Assembly (NCBI GenBank): GCA_964200075.2
Contig: CAXNAA020000030.1
Coordinates: 1-33,786 of the forward strand
Origin: Sphacelaria rigidula
Taxonomy: Eukaryota
Reading direction: 5' to 3'
Length of the DNA stretch: 33,786 nt
Within the stretch, counting starts at the first letter, position 1; every line of letters begins with the position of its first letter. The notes below the pieces were generated by a model that saw only the letters and a list, made by a program, of their open reading frames with translations, searched no databases and was not told the origin of the DNA. Shown here one piece after another: positions 1 through 11,744 of the stretch. Made by a program: the position numbers and the translations under genes.

Positions 1-1186
1 TGGCTCTGTTAGGAGTAAGAACAATGCTACGTCTCGAAAGGGATGAGTGGTCAATGGTCAAACGACTAAGGCAAGCAACAAATGAGTACCCCCCCCCCGC
101 GCGCGCGCCACGATGCACTAGTCATTCAAAGGGCTTCGTCAATGCCTGTGACGGTTGTTGACTACCCATCTTTACCGTTCCCCCATAAGTCAAGCAATAA
201 AAACGCACCCGGGTATATGTATTTGTGCAAGGATGATCTGTTGCCGAAAACCTACTGTATCGTCGTGTGCATCGTCAAACGATGCCAGAGGACAACGCAG
301 GAGCCAGGTTGTATATTCGTTTGTACCCCTTGTTAGAGGAAACATGTTATACTTCCTCTGTCTCATAAGTCTGGTCGGTTATGGGTTTTTAATCGTTTGC
401 GCATTCAAACTCTTGAGATCATCCCATAGTTGAGTTCGTAGGAAAGATAAAGCGCCAACGAAGCTGATAAAAAAATAATAAATAAATAAAAAGTTAGTGG
501 TCCATACTAAAATGACGTCAAAACACGCCCATTTTGGCCCATTTTTGGTCCACGTATAAATTCCCCCCAATATTGACCAATTTTGGACGTTTTTACGTCA
601 AACACTAGCGATTACATGCTGAAAATATGTTTGATGGGGCGTGCGTAGGTTAACGTCACGGAGGTATCCAAAATCAATGGTTCTTTTGCGATTTTCACGG
701 TTTTTTCACGGTTTTTCGCGATTTTTCGTGTTCTCGGATCCCCCACGCTTACTGGGAAAAAGAGCGAAAAACCGCCGTTTTTTGGCCGATCTACTTTTTT
801 TCGACCGCGAGACTGCACGCGTTGAGCACCCACGTTGTAGAAAGAGTGTTGTTTTTAGCTCAAAAAACGCCAACGACTGCAATGAAAAAATCGACAATCA
901 AATCGGACACCGTGAAGGGCTCGTATAAACATAACCGACCAGACTTATGAGACAGGGGAAGTATTCGGATAGGATCAACTGGTGCGAGCGTGGGCAAGAA
1001 GAGCTGTTGGTTCTTGAATGTACATTCCACCGTTAACGTCGAAGCCTGTACCATGGTCGGTCTATCAATCGTGACTGTATTGGCAGAGGAACTTTCTGGT
1101 CAGTATGCATAGCGCGCAAAGTGTTGATTTCCCGCAGGGCTCTCTCCCACTGATAGAGCGTTCGCTCGTCTTCCTGCGTATCGCAG

Positions 1187-1270
1187 GCTTTACGAACGTA
1201 ACCAATGCCGACGTATCTCGTGTCGTGATACATCAAATGAAGGAGACGTACCCAGCGTACGACATGCAAT
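1187..1270 (+). CDS. Methyltransferase internal exon (84 nt, phase 1-1)
   Basis: Acceptor tcgcag|GC at 1186/1187 and donor CAAT|gtgagt at 1270/1271. Encodes GFTNVTNADVSRVVIHQMKETYPAYDMQ. Confidence 0.88.
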
Positions 1271-4200
1271 GTGAGTCTACTAGATTCAGACAATCCGTTA
1301 TCTTCCCATTGTACGCAGTGGTCGATTACCTCGCTGTGTCGAAATCCGAATATGAAAAACCCCTGCAATAGCATCGAACAGTGATTTCTCGAAAATGGGG
1401 TTGAAAGAAGATTGAGGTTCAACTCAAAAGCCGCGCTTCCCCTGACCTAAGTTCACGACAAATGGCTTTTATATGGACCACCCCATCCCTCCCGACCCCC
1501 CTAAAACTATTTCGAGGGTTTCTAGCCTTCCGTTCCCCCAAAGGGCATGTGCGAAAGCACTATTTTGGGGACAAAAAATGTCTTTTTTTCACCACGAAAT
1601 CGAGGCAAAAATGTGCTTTCGCACATACCTACCCTTTGGGGGAATGGAAGGCTATAAATCCTCCAAAATAGTTTTAGGGAGGTCGGAAGGGATGGGGTGG
1701 TCCATATGAAACTCATGTGTCATGAATTTAGGTCAGGGAAAGCACGGCTTTTGAGTTGAATCTTATTTTTTTTCAACCCCATTGTCGAGAATCCACTGTT
1801 ATCGAGTGGTCTGAGGGGCTTCGAACTCATATTTTCTGAAGCATTGAAGGGGGCGGTGTAGCTTGTCGCGCTCAAGAAAGACACCATTCCCTGCCTTAGC
1901 CCTTCCAGACAGCCAGCGGCAGTTATTTGCAGCTCTGCCATGCGGATATACACGTAGTCGAGAATGATTTTATGCTTCACAGCGATGGCTATCTGCAGCA
2001 ACGACACAATCAATGGTAAACAGGGACGACCACCTGGCGTGTGGTGTATCAAGTCTGGGAGACTCTCGGTTCCTTTCGACGTGCAACATGTCATGCGAAG
2101 ATGTGAAACTACTTGGCACACGCTGAGCCACCGCCGACACTTCGTGCTCAACTCCAGCTGCCGTTATCATGTAAAGCTCCTCATTATCGACACTTTTTTT
2201 TCGGAGATATGCGAAGATTTCGGACATTGATGACTTTCGGATGCTTGTGAGTGCTATGGTTTCACATGGGGCACTCTCCGAAGTGCTGGATTGCGGTCCT
2301 TAATTTTCAGACTTGCCCGAAAATGAAGGTTCGGACAGAAAAGCAAGCCGCTTCGTTGTCGGAAGAGCTCGAACGCAGAATCCAACATGTCTGAAAAATT
2401 CGGTGGTCTCCGAAAACAGTTTCGACAACAATGAGCCTAAGTGTGCGCTCGTCGAGAGCGGCGATATACACCAATCGCATAGCAATATCAACATCTTCAT
2501 GCTCAAATAACTGTTTCAATCCCCCAGGGCGGGCCCTTGACCTCACACGGGCGGATTTTCCAGATGAAAAGTTCGACGTTGCACTGGACAAAGCATGCCT
2601 GGACTCCATTATCTGCGTTCAACGAGGGGAAAGCAGGGTTCATTCATACCTTCAACAGATGGACAGGTATAGAACACACTCGATCATGGGCATGTCCAAG
2701 GCATGCCCATAACCTTGTTGAGACGTTACAGTAACCACTGAGCCACTGAGCCACTCAGTCAGCGCCCCTTGTCTGCGGCGGTTTGCACGAGAACCCGAAT
2801 CTCGACTAGATCATGGTACGATGACAAGGGATTTCACACACGTTTTTGTGTGCCCTGCGAAAACCTTGTCCCCAGCGTTGCCCTGGCAGTAGTATTCGCT
2901 GTACTGTTTATATTCCATCACGGCTGGAGCTTCTACAAGGGTCGTCGTGTTTTCTCTTGCAAACAGCCTTCTTCGCGCGATTTAGACACTTGGTTTTGAA
3001 GTACGAGCATCTCGACAACGAATTAAATTTGCATGGATCGCTTCGTTTTGGCACACGGTATTTGATCTCGGCTTGTGGTTCACTTAGAAATACGTTGTCG
3101 CCTGTTTTGGTCTCAGTTCATCGGGCGTGCCAGTTTCTGCTGCTACTGCCGATGATCCCTTGGCAACAGAGCCTCTTATTCCGTGCGCGAAAAGCGTCGC
3201 CCCGTACATCATACATGATAGAGTTATTGACATTGAAGTACCCTCTTGGAATGTTTCGGCCATTTCACATGCTTCTCCGCGGTCTATCCCCTCGTTTCTC
3301 ACTATTTTTTTTGTATGCTCTTCCTTACTCACGATCACGACATGAGCCACTTGCCAGCCGGCCTCCATAACCGGACACCGTGGTTTTACTCCAATTTGTC
3401 GCTGTAGAATAACGGTTGAACCTTCGCGCAAAGCACGGCACAAAGCAGACCGAGAACCCTCGTGCGAGAGAGCTTCATACGGTGACGTAGGCACAGTACA
3501 GTGTTCTTTAGGGCAGGGAAAACGTGTCCTGTGCGCACTGACGAGCACTTGGGACTGTCGGTCCCCTGACGGTATAAGTTTGTTGTCCACAACAAACCCA
3601 AGCACGCTCTATATTTGGGGACAGGTTGGTGTAAACTCTGCTTGAAACTAGCACGCCTCCGCGCCAACTGAGCGCACCCAATGAAAAGTGGCATTTGCAA
3701 ACTACGTCCAGGATTCTTCAGCCCGAAGGAGCGTTCATCTGCGTTTCTTTTACTCCCCCGGAGCAGCGACTGGAAATGTTGGAGTACTGGGATCTAGAAC
3801 ACCCGGAAAAATGCCTAGCCTGGGACGTGCATGTCGATGCAATAGGCGAGTTGCCCTCCAACATCTCTAGCGTTGTTTGTCTGTCGACGTCTAAGTTGTT
3901 CGTAAGTGTCGAAGGATATCCAATACCCAGCAGCAAGTAAGTAGAAGTCCCTGAACCTCAGCATTTTTGGTGGATGTTGGGTGTCGATCGGTGCCCGGTC
4001 TGGCTGATGCCCGGAAGACAGTCACTGATCCCACAAATACTGTGTGTACAAGGTCGATCCTGCGCGCGCTCCAGCCCACGCATTCAACACGCCGTCGCTG
4101 TGACCCTATACGACACGGTAAGGGTAGCATTCAGGGCCGACATCCGAATGGGTAGGGTGACTCGTGCACAGAATCAACCGTACCAGGGGACGCCAAGAAG

Positions 4201-5447
4201 GAGGTTTACCCGGTGAGACTCCGAGACAGTCAGTCTGGGGCAGGGAAGGGACGCACCCTGCATTGGTACCTTCCAGTACACCAAAACCACCATGAGAACG
4301 GATAAGCGTTAGGACAGGCCCCGAGAAGGCGGAGGAGTGGAGCGCACCTGCCTTCGCGGTCAAAAGCGCTTCACGAAACTCATAGCGACCACTGGCCAAG
4401 TACATGGTACGGATGCTACCGATCTGAGAAACAAAAAAATGAAAAATAAAAACATGCACAGAGCCCCCTCGATGCCAATATTAATTTCACGAAAGAAAAG
4501 GAAAGGAACTGTCCCTGAACCGTGCAGTGGAGAGGAACCCAGTATCATGAAATATCTCAATTTTGCTTGATGTACCCAAACGGAGCTGCTCCTGGAACCA
4601 GCTGGGATTGCACGCCGTCTTCGACGTAGTCCCTATTTCTTGTTTCTGTCGAAGTACAAGGCCTGCGAGCGATGCAAGCGATGCCGTTTCAAAAATCAAA
4701 GCGCAACGTCGATCAAACCGTTATTTCATGCAGGAAACGACCAGACAATGCGGTTGTATTCCTGTTCACTCTATTACTCGTCGCAATTTCCGCATGGTCA
4801 GCCGTGGTGTTGCGTTTGCTATTGCCCCATGGGTACCGGAGCTTTGCCATGATGTCTGACACTTTGCGTCAGGCAGAAAATTGACACAGTTCGTACAAAG
4901 CGATGGCGGCCGTTTGAGGTGATGTTTGGTCCGATTTTCTTGACCTATCGCTTGTCTTGACCAACACAGACGCTGTACTGTCTGTATTGCGGATATTCAG
5001 TGTGGATCTATCCGTGGTTGTGCGCCGATCAGGGCGAGGACGGCCCGCAGCTCGATCCTTGTGCCACTTGAAGTCAAATCGGCCCCAAATCCATTCCACT
5101 GTACGGACGCGACGTGTTGAATTGGATTTCATCTTACCTCGTATGGACCAACCTGAAATATTCACGATACTCCCTCGTCGTTGTGGAATATACCCGAGGA
5201 TGGTACCCCGCTCGAGCCCACCATACGATGGATATCAGGCACGGGTGCAGTCTCACATGGTGGGTCTGTGGACTGTTTCGAGGATTCAATCGTCCGCCAT
5301 ATTGCTGCTTGATCTGGGTGGGCAACTTATTGCGGTCAACCCTAACGCGCAGCTAAGCCGGAGACGATGCAAGGACGGCGGGAGAGGCAGAGAGAGCTCG
5401 GCGAGAGCGTTTACTTCATCTACGTGTGTATCAAGGACCCTGGGAAG
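1187..5447 (+). CDS. Partial spliced gene: class I SAM-dependent methyltransferase, EEF1AKMT4/METTL13-N-terminal-like; join(1187..1270,2528..2666,3712..3845,5353..5447)
   Basis: Four exons join with matching phases to give (G)FTNVTNADVSRVVIHQMKETYPAYDMQ-W-RALDLTRADFPDEKFDVALDKACLDSIICVQRGESRVHSYLQQMD-R-ILQPEGAFICVSFTPPEQRLEMLEYWDLEHPEKCLAWDVHVDAI-A-KPETMQGRRERQRELGESVYFIYVCIKDPGK. This has the family-typical post-I (NxDxSxxVI), FDVxLDKxxLD, RxLxPxGxF and YFIYVC motifs. The motif I (GCGNS-type) exon was not found and is presumably upstream of the window. The 3' end is unresolved. Confidence 0.9.
1379..1798. mobile_element. 420-bp foldback/MITE-like element in methyltransferase intron
   Basis: Arms ~1379-1566 and ~1607-1798 are reverse complements (roughly 85% identity by eye). 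Termini are CAGTG...CACTG. Flanks are aa/tt, so there is no clean TA TSD. Confidence 0.85.
2528..2666 (+). CDS. Methyltransferase internal exon (139 nt, phase 1-2)
   Basis: Acceptor cccccag|GG and donor AG|gtatag. T+GG recreates Trp. Encodes WRALDLTRADFPDEKFDVALDKACLDSIIC...QQMD. Confidence 0.92.
3445..3602 (-). repeat. Dispersed ~220-bp repeat family R, degenerate copy 1 (intronic)
   Basis: gcagaccgagaaccctcgtgcgag and gagcacttgggactgtc...tgtccaca...caag match the copy at 13713-13932 and the reverse complement of 26351-26568. Confidence 0.65.
3712..3845 (+). CDS. Methyltransferase internal exon (134 nt, phase 2-1) ending at a GC donor
   Basis: Acceptor gtccag|G. Encodes RILQPEGAFICVSFTPPEQRLEMLEYWD...VHVDAI. 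Donor AG|gcgagt at 3845/3846. Confidence 0.88.
5353..5447 (+). CDS. Methyltransferase exon (95 nt, phase 1-0), in a frame missed by the ORF track
   Basis: Branch-point-like cctaac followed by gcgcag|CT. Encodes AKPETMQGRRERQRELGESVYFIYVCIKDPGK. Strong donor AAG|gtgaga at 5447/5448. If unspliced, the frame stops at TGA 5481-5483. Confidence 0.85.
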
Positions 5448-5783
5448 GTGAGAAATGGCAGTTACGGGACGATACAACCTTGAGTATAAGTTCCGTCTGC
5501 AGCACATTACGGGTCGCATCGCTTCACAATATTGTGAAGAGAGCGCGTTTCGTGAAAATGGTTTCAGTACAGGGAAGCCTGGCTGGCGTGCGATGCATGC
5601 ACGCAGTAGGTGTAAGGCAGTTATCCAACGGTTTATCAACCGCAGTGAAAGATGTAGGGCTCATAAGACCCATAATATCGAGGCGGAACGTATGAGCATG
5701 AGGGAGGGAATCTAGGGTATACTCGGTACGAATTCATTACCTAAGGTAGTAAGTATATGATCACGGTTTCTGCTTATACCTCG

Positions 5784-6010
5784 CCTTTGACCGCAAGGGT
5801 GGGTCACCGGCTGAATCAGCATCATTGAGATTTTTTCAATTGAAAACAGATTCAAGGCCCAGATGACCCAGCCTGGCACTCGAAGGGTTATACGAAGTAC
5901 AAACCTTGCTTCGACTGCCGCGGTGGCCCATTTTTTGAATCGGCATTATCTTCGCTCGAAAAAATGAATATAATAAGAAGACTCAGATGACACACAACGG
6001 CCGTGGAAGG
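5784..6010 (+). mobile_element. Two tandem copies (~5784-5887, ~5903-6010) of a ~100-bp piggyBac-like MITE
   Basis: Imperfect TIRs cctttgaccgcaagggtgggtca / tgacccagcctggcactcgaaggg. Internal motif tgaatc(a/g)gcat is shared with the copies at 16.1, 16.5 and 22.2 kb. Confidence 0.65.
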
Positions 6011-6429
6011 ACAGAGCGACGTTCACCTACATCTCTTCTCCTTATTCATTCACTCTTGATCAACCGAGTTATCTTGTATGTTTAACGAGTAGCAACTCTG
6101 AAACGAATTGTTTACGGGAATTTCAATTCTCAATGCTTTTTTCCCAAGAAGAGGTGGTGATTTGAACTGGTCTAGTTTTTTTGTTTCTTGTACTGTTCCC
6201 GGACGGTTGGAATTTTTCCCGACTTCTCCGAAAATCTGACGTCAGTTTGAAAATTCAGTATTGGTTGCCTGAATTGATCAAGGAACCTGCTCTCACGGTT
6301 TTTGACGAAATCTGGGAATTTCTGAGATTTTGAGAAAAAGACCAGGTCATAACACACTTAACAATCCGTATGTTGAACGTCAAGCACGCGCAAAAAAGAG
6401 CACGGCCAACTTGAAACAACCAAGGATGC

Positions 6430-6670
6430 ATAGATAAAAAGGAAGGGGGGGGGGGGGGGGGGGGAGGAAGAGAGAAAGGAACAACCACTATCAAGAAAAG
6501 GGGGGGAGCAAAAAAAAACAAGAAAGGAANNNNNNNNNNAAAGAGCCGCGGAAAAAGGAAAAGGAAAGAGGAAGAAAAAGAGAGAGGGGGGGGGGGGGGG
6601 GGGGGGAGAGAGAGAGAGAGACAGGACACATCACTATCAAGCAAATGGAGGGAGCAAAACAACACGAGAA
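6430..6670. other. Assembly gap (N 6530-6539) flanked by poly-G/GA low-complexity sequence with a probable artefactual duplication
   Basis: Ten Ns. The segment left of the gap (polyG-gagagaaaggaacaaccactatcaagaaaagggggg...) is a degraded copy of the segment right of it (polyG-gagagacaggacacatcactatcaagcaaatggagggagc). Confidence 0.85.
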
Positions 6671-9600
6671 GCGTAAACTTTCAGAATATAATACAGCAGT
6701 AGTAAGAAGGGTATAGCGACAGAAGGGTAGCTCGCAATTAATTGAAAATAGAGACAATTGTTATCTGTTTTAGAAGGCATTGTGTTTCTTCTTACGAGGT
6801 ATTCGTACAATTATTCCGGTGATAAGTAGCTTCCAGCATAATACTGTGTATATCCAGCGAAACCGCAAACAAAACAGCGTTCGTGAGATTAAGAGTAGAG
6901 GATGCGATTGAAAGTGAAAAGCGGTCAATTAGTGAATGAATCGTTTCAGGTCCGAAATGCCCTCCACCAGGCCCGATATGCTTTCTGTAGTACCTCGCCA
7001 CTAGAGCCCTTGATATCCCCGAGTAGGATATCGACGTGTACCTCTAGCACACGCAAGTGATAGACGCAAAGAAAAAGACCAAGCCTCTCTCAACCCGCAC
7101 CCAACTCTCAATCTCACGTAGATGTTGTTGAACGCATTAAAAAAAAATCAAAAACGTAGGCACGTATAGTGTACCAAGGGATAAAAAGCTGTACGCTTTA
7201 CAATGAAATTAAAAAAAGAGATAATATCGACCCCTCCTAGGTTACTGGCATCACAGGAAAGTGGATACATAGTTTCTTCTGGTCGAGGCTTGGCGCTTGC
7301 TACAAGTACAGTAATACAACATAGTATCACGATGGAAGAAAGGCACGAACCCATCTATGTACACACCATCATCATTCTTCAAATGTCTACACAATGGCTA
7401 CGTCTGGGTACCGTCCCGTGGCAAACAGAGGTCTTGTCAGGAGGGAGTTTAATAGAATACCAAAAAGCAGACCGCCGTCTAAACTCGAGAGTTCGAAATA
7501 CATTTTTCATTCCAGGATTTGGAAAGCGGAGAAACGAAGCGGCAATAATTGCGCAGTGCAACTTTGGGGGAGAAGAAAACATTCTCGGCCACCGGCCACA
7601 AAACACGACGTACACGCTCTAGCCCACTTGAAGTTGTAACAATATGATGTCAAAAAATGCCCCCCGACCCTATCGAAGGCGGTGCGCACCGCCAAATTTC
7701 AACGTTTTGTTCGAACCAGTGTTTTGCAGGGGTGCTACTCGGTCGGCGATGTGTGTGCCAGATGAACGGCTTCTTCCCGGAAAAACTGCATGATGCGTCT
7801 AAGTTTGTAATATTTATGCAATTTCGTGCGACGGGTGCAACTACACTCAATAGGGCAGCTTGGGGTAAAGCATATCTCCATGGTATTTGGTTTCATCCCG
7901 TCTTGTTTGTTTCATCATGTGATGAACCCTCGGCACAAAAACGTTGAACGTGGATGTTTTTCTTTCCAGTTTCAGTATGGTGTCCGGCAACCAACTAACT
8001 ACATGCGCCTACGTCAGTGTCAGTTCACCACCTTCATTATACGGTACTGTACATGACAAGATGACCGACACAACCAACCAACCAACAGAAGACAGAATAA
8101 TGGAACAAATTTGAGACTGGTTTCAAGTCCAAAATTTGAATTTCTTCTCTCAGGATGCATTTGGTACTTCAACCATCGCCGAATCACCAACATCGACACA
8201 ATCTACGGTCGCTAGAATTTTCTTGAGTTTCCTGTACGGTAAAAATTGAAAATTTTAAAAAGTGCCAAAACGTTCAAATGGACATGGGGGTAGCCAGTTC
8301 TGGGTATGTACCGGGCGCCAGATTAGGGTACCCATTTTAATCCCCGCTACCCCCCTACTAGATATTCCCCCCTCCCCCGCCCCCCAATGAGGATCCCTAC
8401 CCCCCCCTCCCACCCAGCCTCGCTTGAATCGAAAATAGTCCCCGAGGCTACAACAAGTAGACATGATTGCCGAGGCACGGAATTTGACGGAGGATAGGTA
8501 GAGGGATCACAGCGTGGTGTTACGGCTCGGTGGTGACTACCTGGCCCAAGTAATTATTTGCTCAGGCGCGAACAGACAACAGTTCCGTTTCCCCCACCCA
8601 GTCTGCTCGCACTCGGTAACGACAGCAGAGGGAGCAAGCCCACTGAAAGTATAGGTGAGGACAATCAATTGCTTTTAGAGTACCGATTTCATGTTGAGTT
8701 GGAATTCTCGGGGTACTGGAGCGGGTTTCGTTGAAGCAAACATGGGTGGTAAACCCGACACAAGTACAAGTGTTGCGGAATGATCATACCGGCTTTCGCT
8801 ATACTTGGAAGTTCGTACAGTGTGCACTTGTCTGATGAAACCGCACAGGTCAGCTCTGTACAGTACAGCACGGTATAGTGTGGTGGAAGTGTTGAAAACA
8901 CTGACATCTTTTGCTGGGTGAAGGCAAACGTGTCCTGAGGGCAACCACGCACTCGTTTAGCAAAGCATGTTCCGCTCGATATGAGGGTGTGGCAACAAGT
9001 AAAGCATCGCTCACGAGCTTTAACATACCCAACATTCGTGTCTGTTGGGGTGAAATATCATGTCGGAGCGGGGTTACTTGCCCTTCCATTCCTGGCGTTC
9101 ATGAGGACATTGCGCCCACAGAATGCAACTTAAAACGATCCCCACCCCAGAATCACATCTCTGGGCTTTCTTCTCGACTCCGCTACTTTGCTCGAAATAT
9201 GGTCTTGATATCCAACATAAACACTCCTCAGAGCTTAGGCAGGGTACGCGATGATGGCAGGGTGCAGATTAGATGTTCTTCCACAGGAATGAGAAGCGAA
9301 GGAAGATCAAATTGCAACACTCACGGAGCTCCTTCTCCTCCCGTTTAGGGTGCTCGTGAGCGGAGCGACCCGAGCAGGAGCATGCCGTCATCAAGTTTGG
9401 CCGAGTCACCACACCCTATATTGGCACTCTGTTACTTTCGGTGAACCAACGAGTTTCTTGCAGTTGCCCGTCGCTCACTCATGGTCCTGCCCTCCGTCAA
9501 ACAAAGCCACCTCTTCGTTTTCGGTGCACTTTCCCCATATCCTGCCCCGTATCATGAAAAGCTGCAAGACGCCTGCATTAGTTGAAGAGGTCGGTCAGCC

Positions 9601-9750
9601 TCGCACGGCGTCTTGGCAAGGGTTGACAAAAGATAGCCAGGCTGCTGCGCAGGAGAGCATGCGCATGGGGGCGCGTCCCGTGCATATTGCGTTTGTTGAC
9701 CTTCGAAAGTTAGCATCAGGGCCACCCTAACTCGGGGAACACCTGTACCT

Positions 9751-10127
9751 CGGTCGCCGTGTGCTTGGCATCGGGGAGATCTTATTATAGATGGAAGCTA
9801 CGTGAAGAACGTTCATAACTTGAAACGCATTGACGATTGGGATTATATTTGACACCATGCCCACCAGTGGAGAGCGACCACGTAGTGGATACACATGATT
9901 CGACTTTATATTTGACAAAAGGAAGGAAGCGCTAAACCCCTCTCGCGATACAGATTGAGCCGAGCATCGAAGGAAGGTGTGGTACTCGAACAAATATAGA
10001 GAATATAAAACTCCTGTGTTGGCCTTCTTGTGTGACCCCCGCTGATGCCCCCATGCACCTACATGTTCCGGAAGGTGTAGACCGGCGCCCAAAATTGATG
10101 TGATGACAACACACAGTACACACACAC
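9751..10127 (+). mobile_element. tRNA-derived SINE copy A (degenerate head)
   Basis: Shares the body (atgccc..agtggagagcgac..gtgg.tacac..attcgactt, cctctcgcgat, tgtgtgacccc) and the tail (tgtagaccggcgccc..atgacaacacac) with the copies at 14.7, 18.4 and 29.4 kb. Confidence 0.8.
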
Positions 10128-10309
10128 GGACAGACGAAGATCGTGTGGTCGGTACAAAATACTTGACTAGGAGGGAGGACTGTGTTCTTGATTTCGATAG
10201 GATGCGCCCGGTGGCACCCGAATGGGTCAATCCGCAAACCCTACTGGGATGAGCAGTTTCGTGGACCAAGAGCCGGTGGCCACGTACCCCTTTCTCGACG
10301 GTGCTTGTG

Positions 10310-10443
10310 ATTAGTTGTGAGTTCCGCGATAACGAATGCGGCAAGAGCGGCACGTACAAAACACGGTTTCACCCCCATTAGTTGTGAGTTCCGCGATAAC
10401 GAATGCGGCAAGAGCGGCACGTACAAAACACGGTTTCACCCCC
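10310..10443. repeat. Perfect 67-bp tandem duplication (10310-10376, 10377-10443)
   Basis: attagttgtgagttccgcgataacgaatgcggcaagagcggcacgtacaaaacacggtttcaccccc occurs twice, head to tail. Confidence 0.95.
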
Positions 10444-11744
10444 CGCCCCCTCCCCCGCCGGATACGGACACAAAGACAGTTAGTAGTCCATGTGCTCGAA
10501 AAGATCCTGCCTGTAGCATTTTCACCTTCTGGAGATACCAGCGGGGCGAACGGAGGGCGTCCAGACGGCCAAGGTGCCACGGAAATGTTTTTGCCCACTG
10601 GGTGCCACGCAAAGTCACGGAAAGCGAACCTGATGGAGAGCGAGAGCAGCACGGTCAATGTATGAAGCTAGATGTCAGGGGAAATGTACCCACTCTACTG
10701 ATATAGACGAGGATATGCCCTTCCAGGCTTGTCCATTCCAAGTCTTGTTGAAATGATGAAAAAAAGTTGCTGCGGTACACTTCGTGGTATTTTTGAGGTA
10801 GGCTGATGACTAAGCCACTCATTGTTTCTCCGCAACCGTCGGTCGCACAAATTCTTCATGTGAAATGGCACGGCGGTGGGTCATTTTGGGCAATCGTTCA
10901 TCATATGGATATGCCTTTCAGACATGAGCACATAGATGTGCAGGTGGTTTCTGGCATGCGCTTCTTGCGATTTGAACGCGGCATGATATGCGGGAAACGC
11001 GCGATCGAGCCCCTATGTGCATGTGTGTGCTACGCGCAAGCTCCTCACCAATAGTACAGTGCGTGGGTTCACTGAGAAGTGGGTATGTCAGTCTTTAGTG
11101 ACCTTGCCATGTCTCAAAGCACAAGGAAGCGAAGTCCTACCAGTCCTGCGACTCTCTTCCTGATTACCCATGTGTTGACTGTGTAGTGCATGACGTTCAG
11201 CGGCGCGTCATGTAGACGAACGCCTTCAACGCGCCAGCTACACTGGTAACCGCTTGGGGCCCATTTTAAATACACGAAGAAACAAGCGAGCAAAAAACAA
11301 GCAAGCGAAGAGAGAGCATGTTCATTAGTCGTTGCGATACCACCCCCCGCTCCCCCTCCCGCTCCCCTCCCCCCGAAGAATACGCGACGGTTCATTTTTC
11401 GAGGCGGCGACTCTTTTTTTTCCATAGATAATTTTACAACTTTTTAACCCATCCCTCAACACATTTTTGAGCTGTTTGCCGTGAAGGGCAAAGTGCAGCA
11501 GCGGTGCAAAAAACCTTGCTGTTATACGCACCTGTCACACTGTCACACAACCCGGATCTGAGGCGCAAGCTCACTTTCCCAGGACAGGCAATGAAAAGCT
11601 TGAGCTGTAGCTGTTAATCTACTGAGTATAACGTTTTCGGTCCAGGAAAAAGCGGGTCAATATAGATGGGCACTTGACGACTTCTGTCGGACGGACCTCG
11701 TTTATCACACTCATAAACAGCCAACGATTCCATCGTTAGCAACA

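Larger units (their letters stand above)
9480..10610 (+). mobile_element. Decayed LINE (RTE-like) reverse transcriptase relic, interrupted by a SINE
   Basis: Translation ...QESMRMGARPVHIAFVDLRK (~9650-9709) resembles the RTE/LINE RT motif QExxRxxxxPLxxAFVDLxKAFD, and is followed by L(G)EHL. Weak echoes of later RT motifs appear after the SINE (KIVWSVQNT, EQFRG..PLS, TEM.FAH near 10580-10600). Many stops and frameshifts. Confidence 0.5.

Noticed and set aside
6430..6670. Duplicated purine-rich block and Pro-rich ORFs around the gap
   Set aside because: Pattern typical of read-quality decay after poly-G at contig ends. Treated as an artefact.
8340..8416. C-run/G-run clusters with G-quadruplex potential (also ~17270, ~28580)
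   Set aside because: Such runs are frequent throughout the window and there is no evidence of function.
10310..10443. CRISPR-like repeat
   Set aside because: Only two abutting units with no spacers and no cas genes, in a eukaryotic context.
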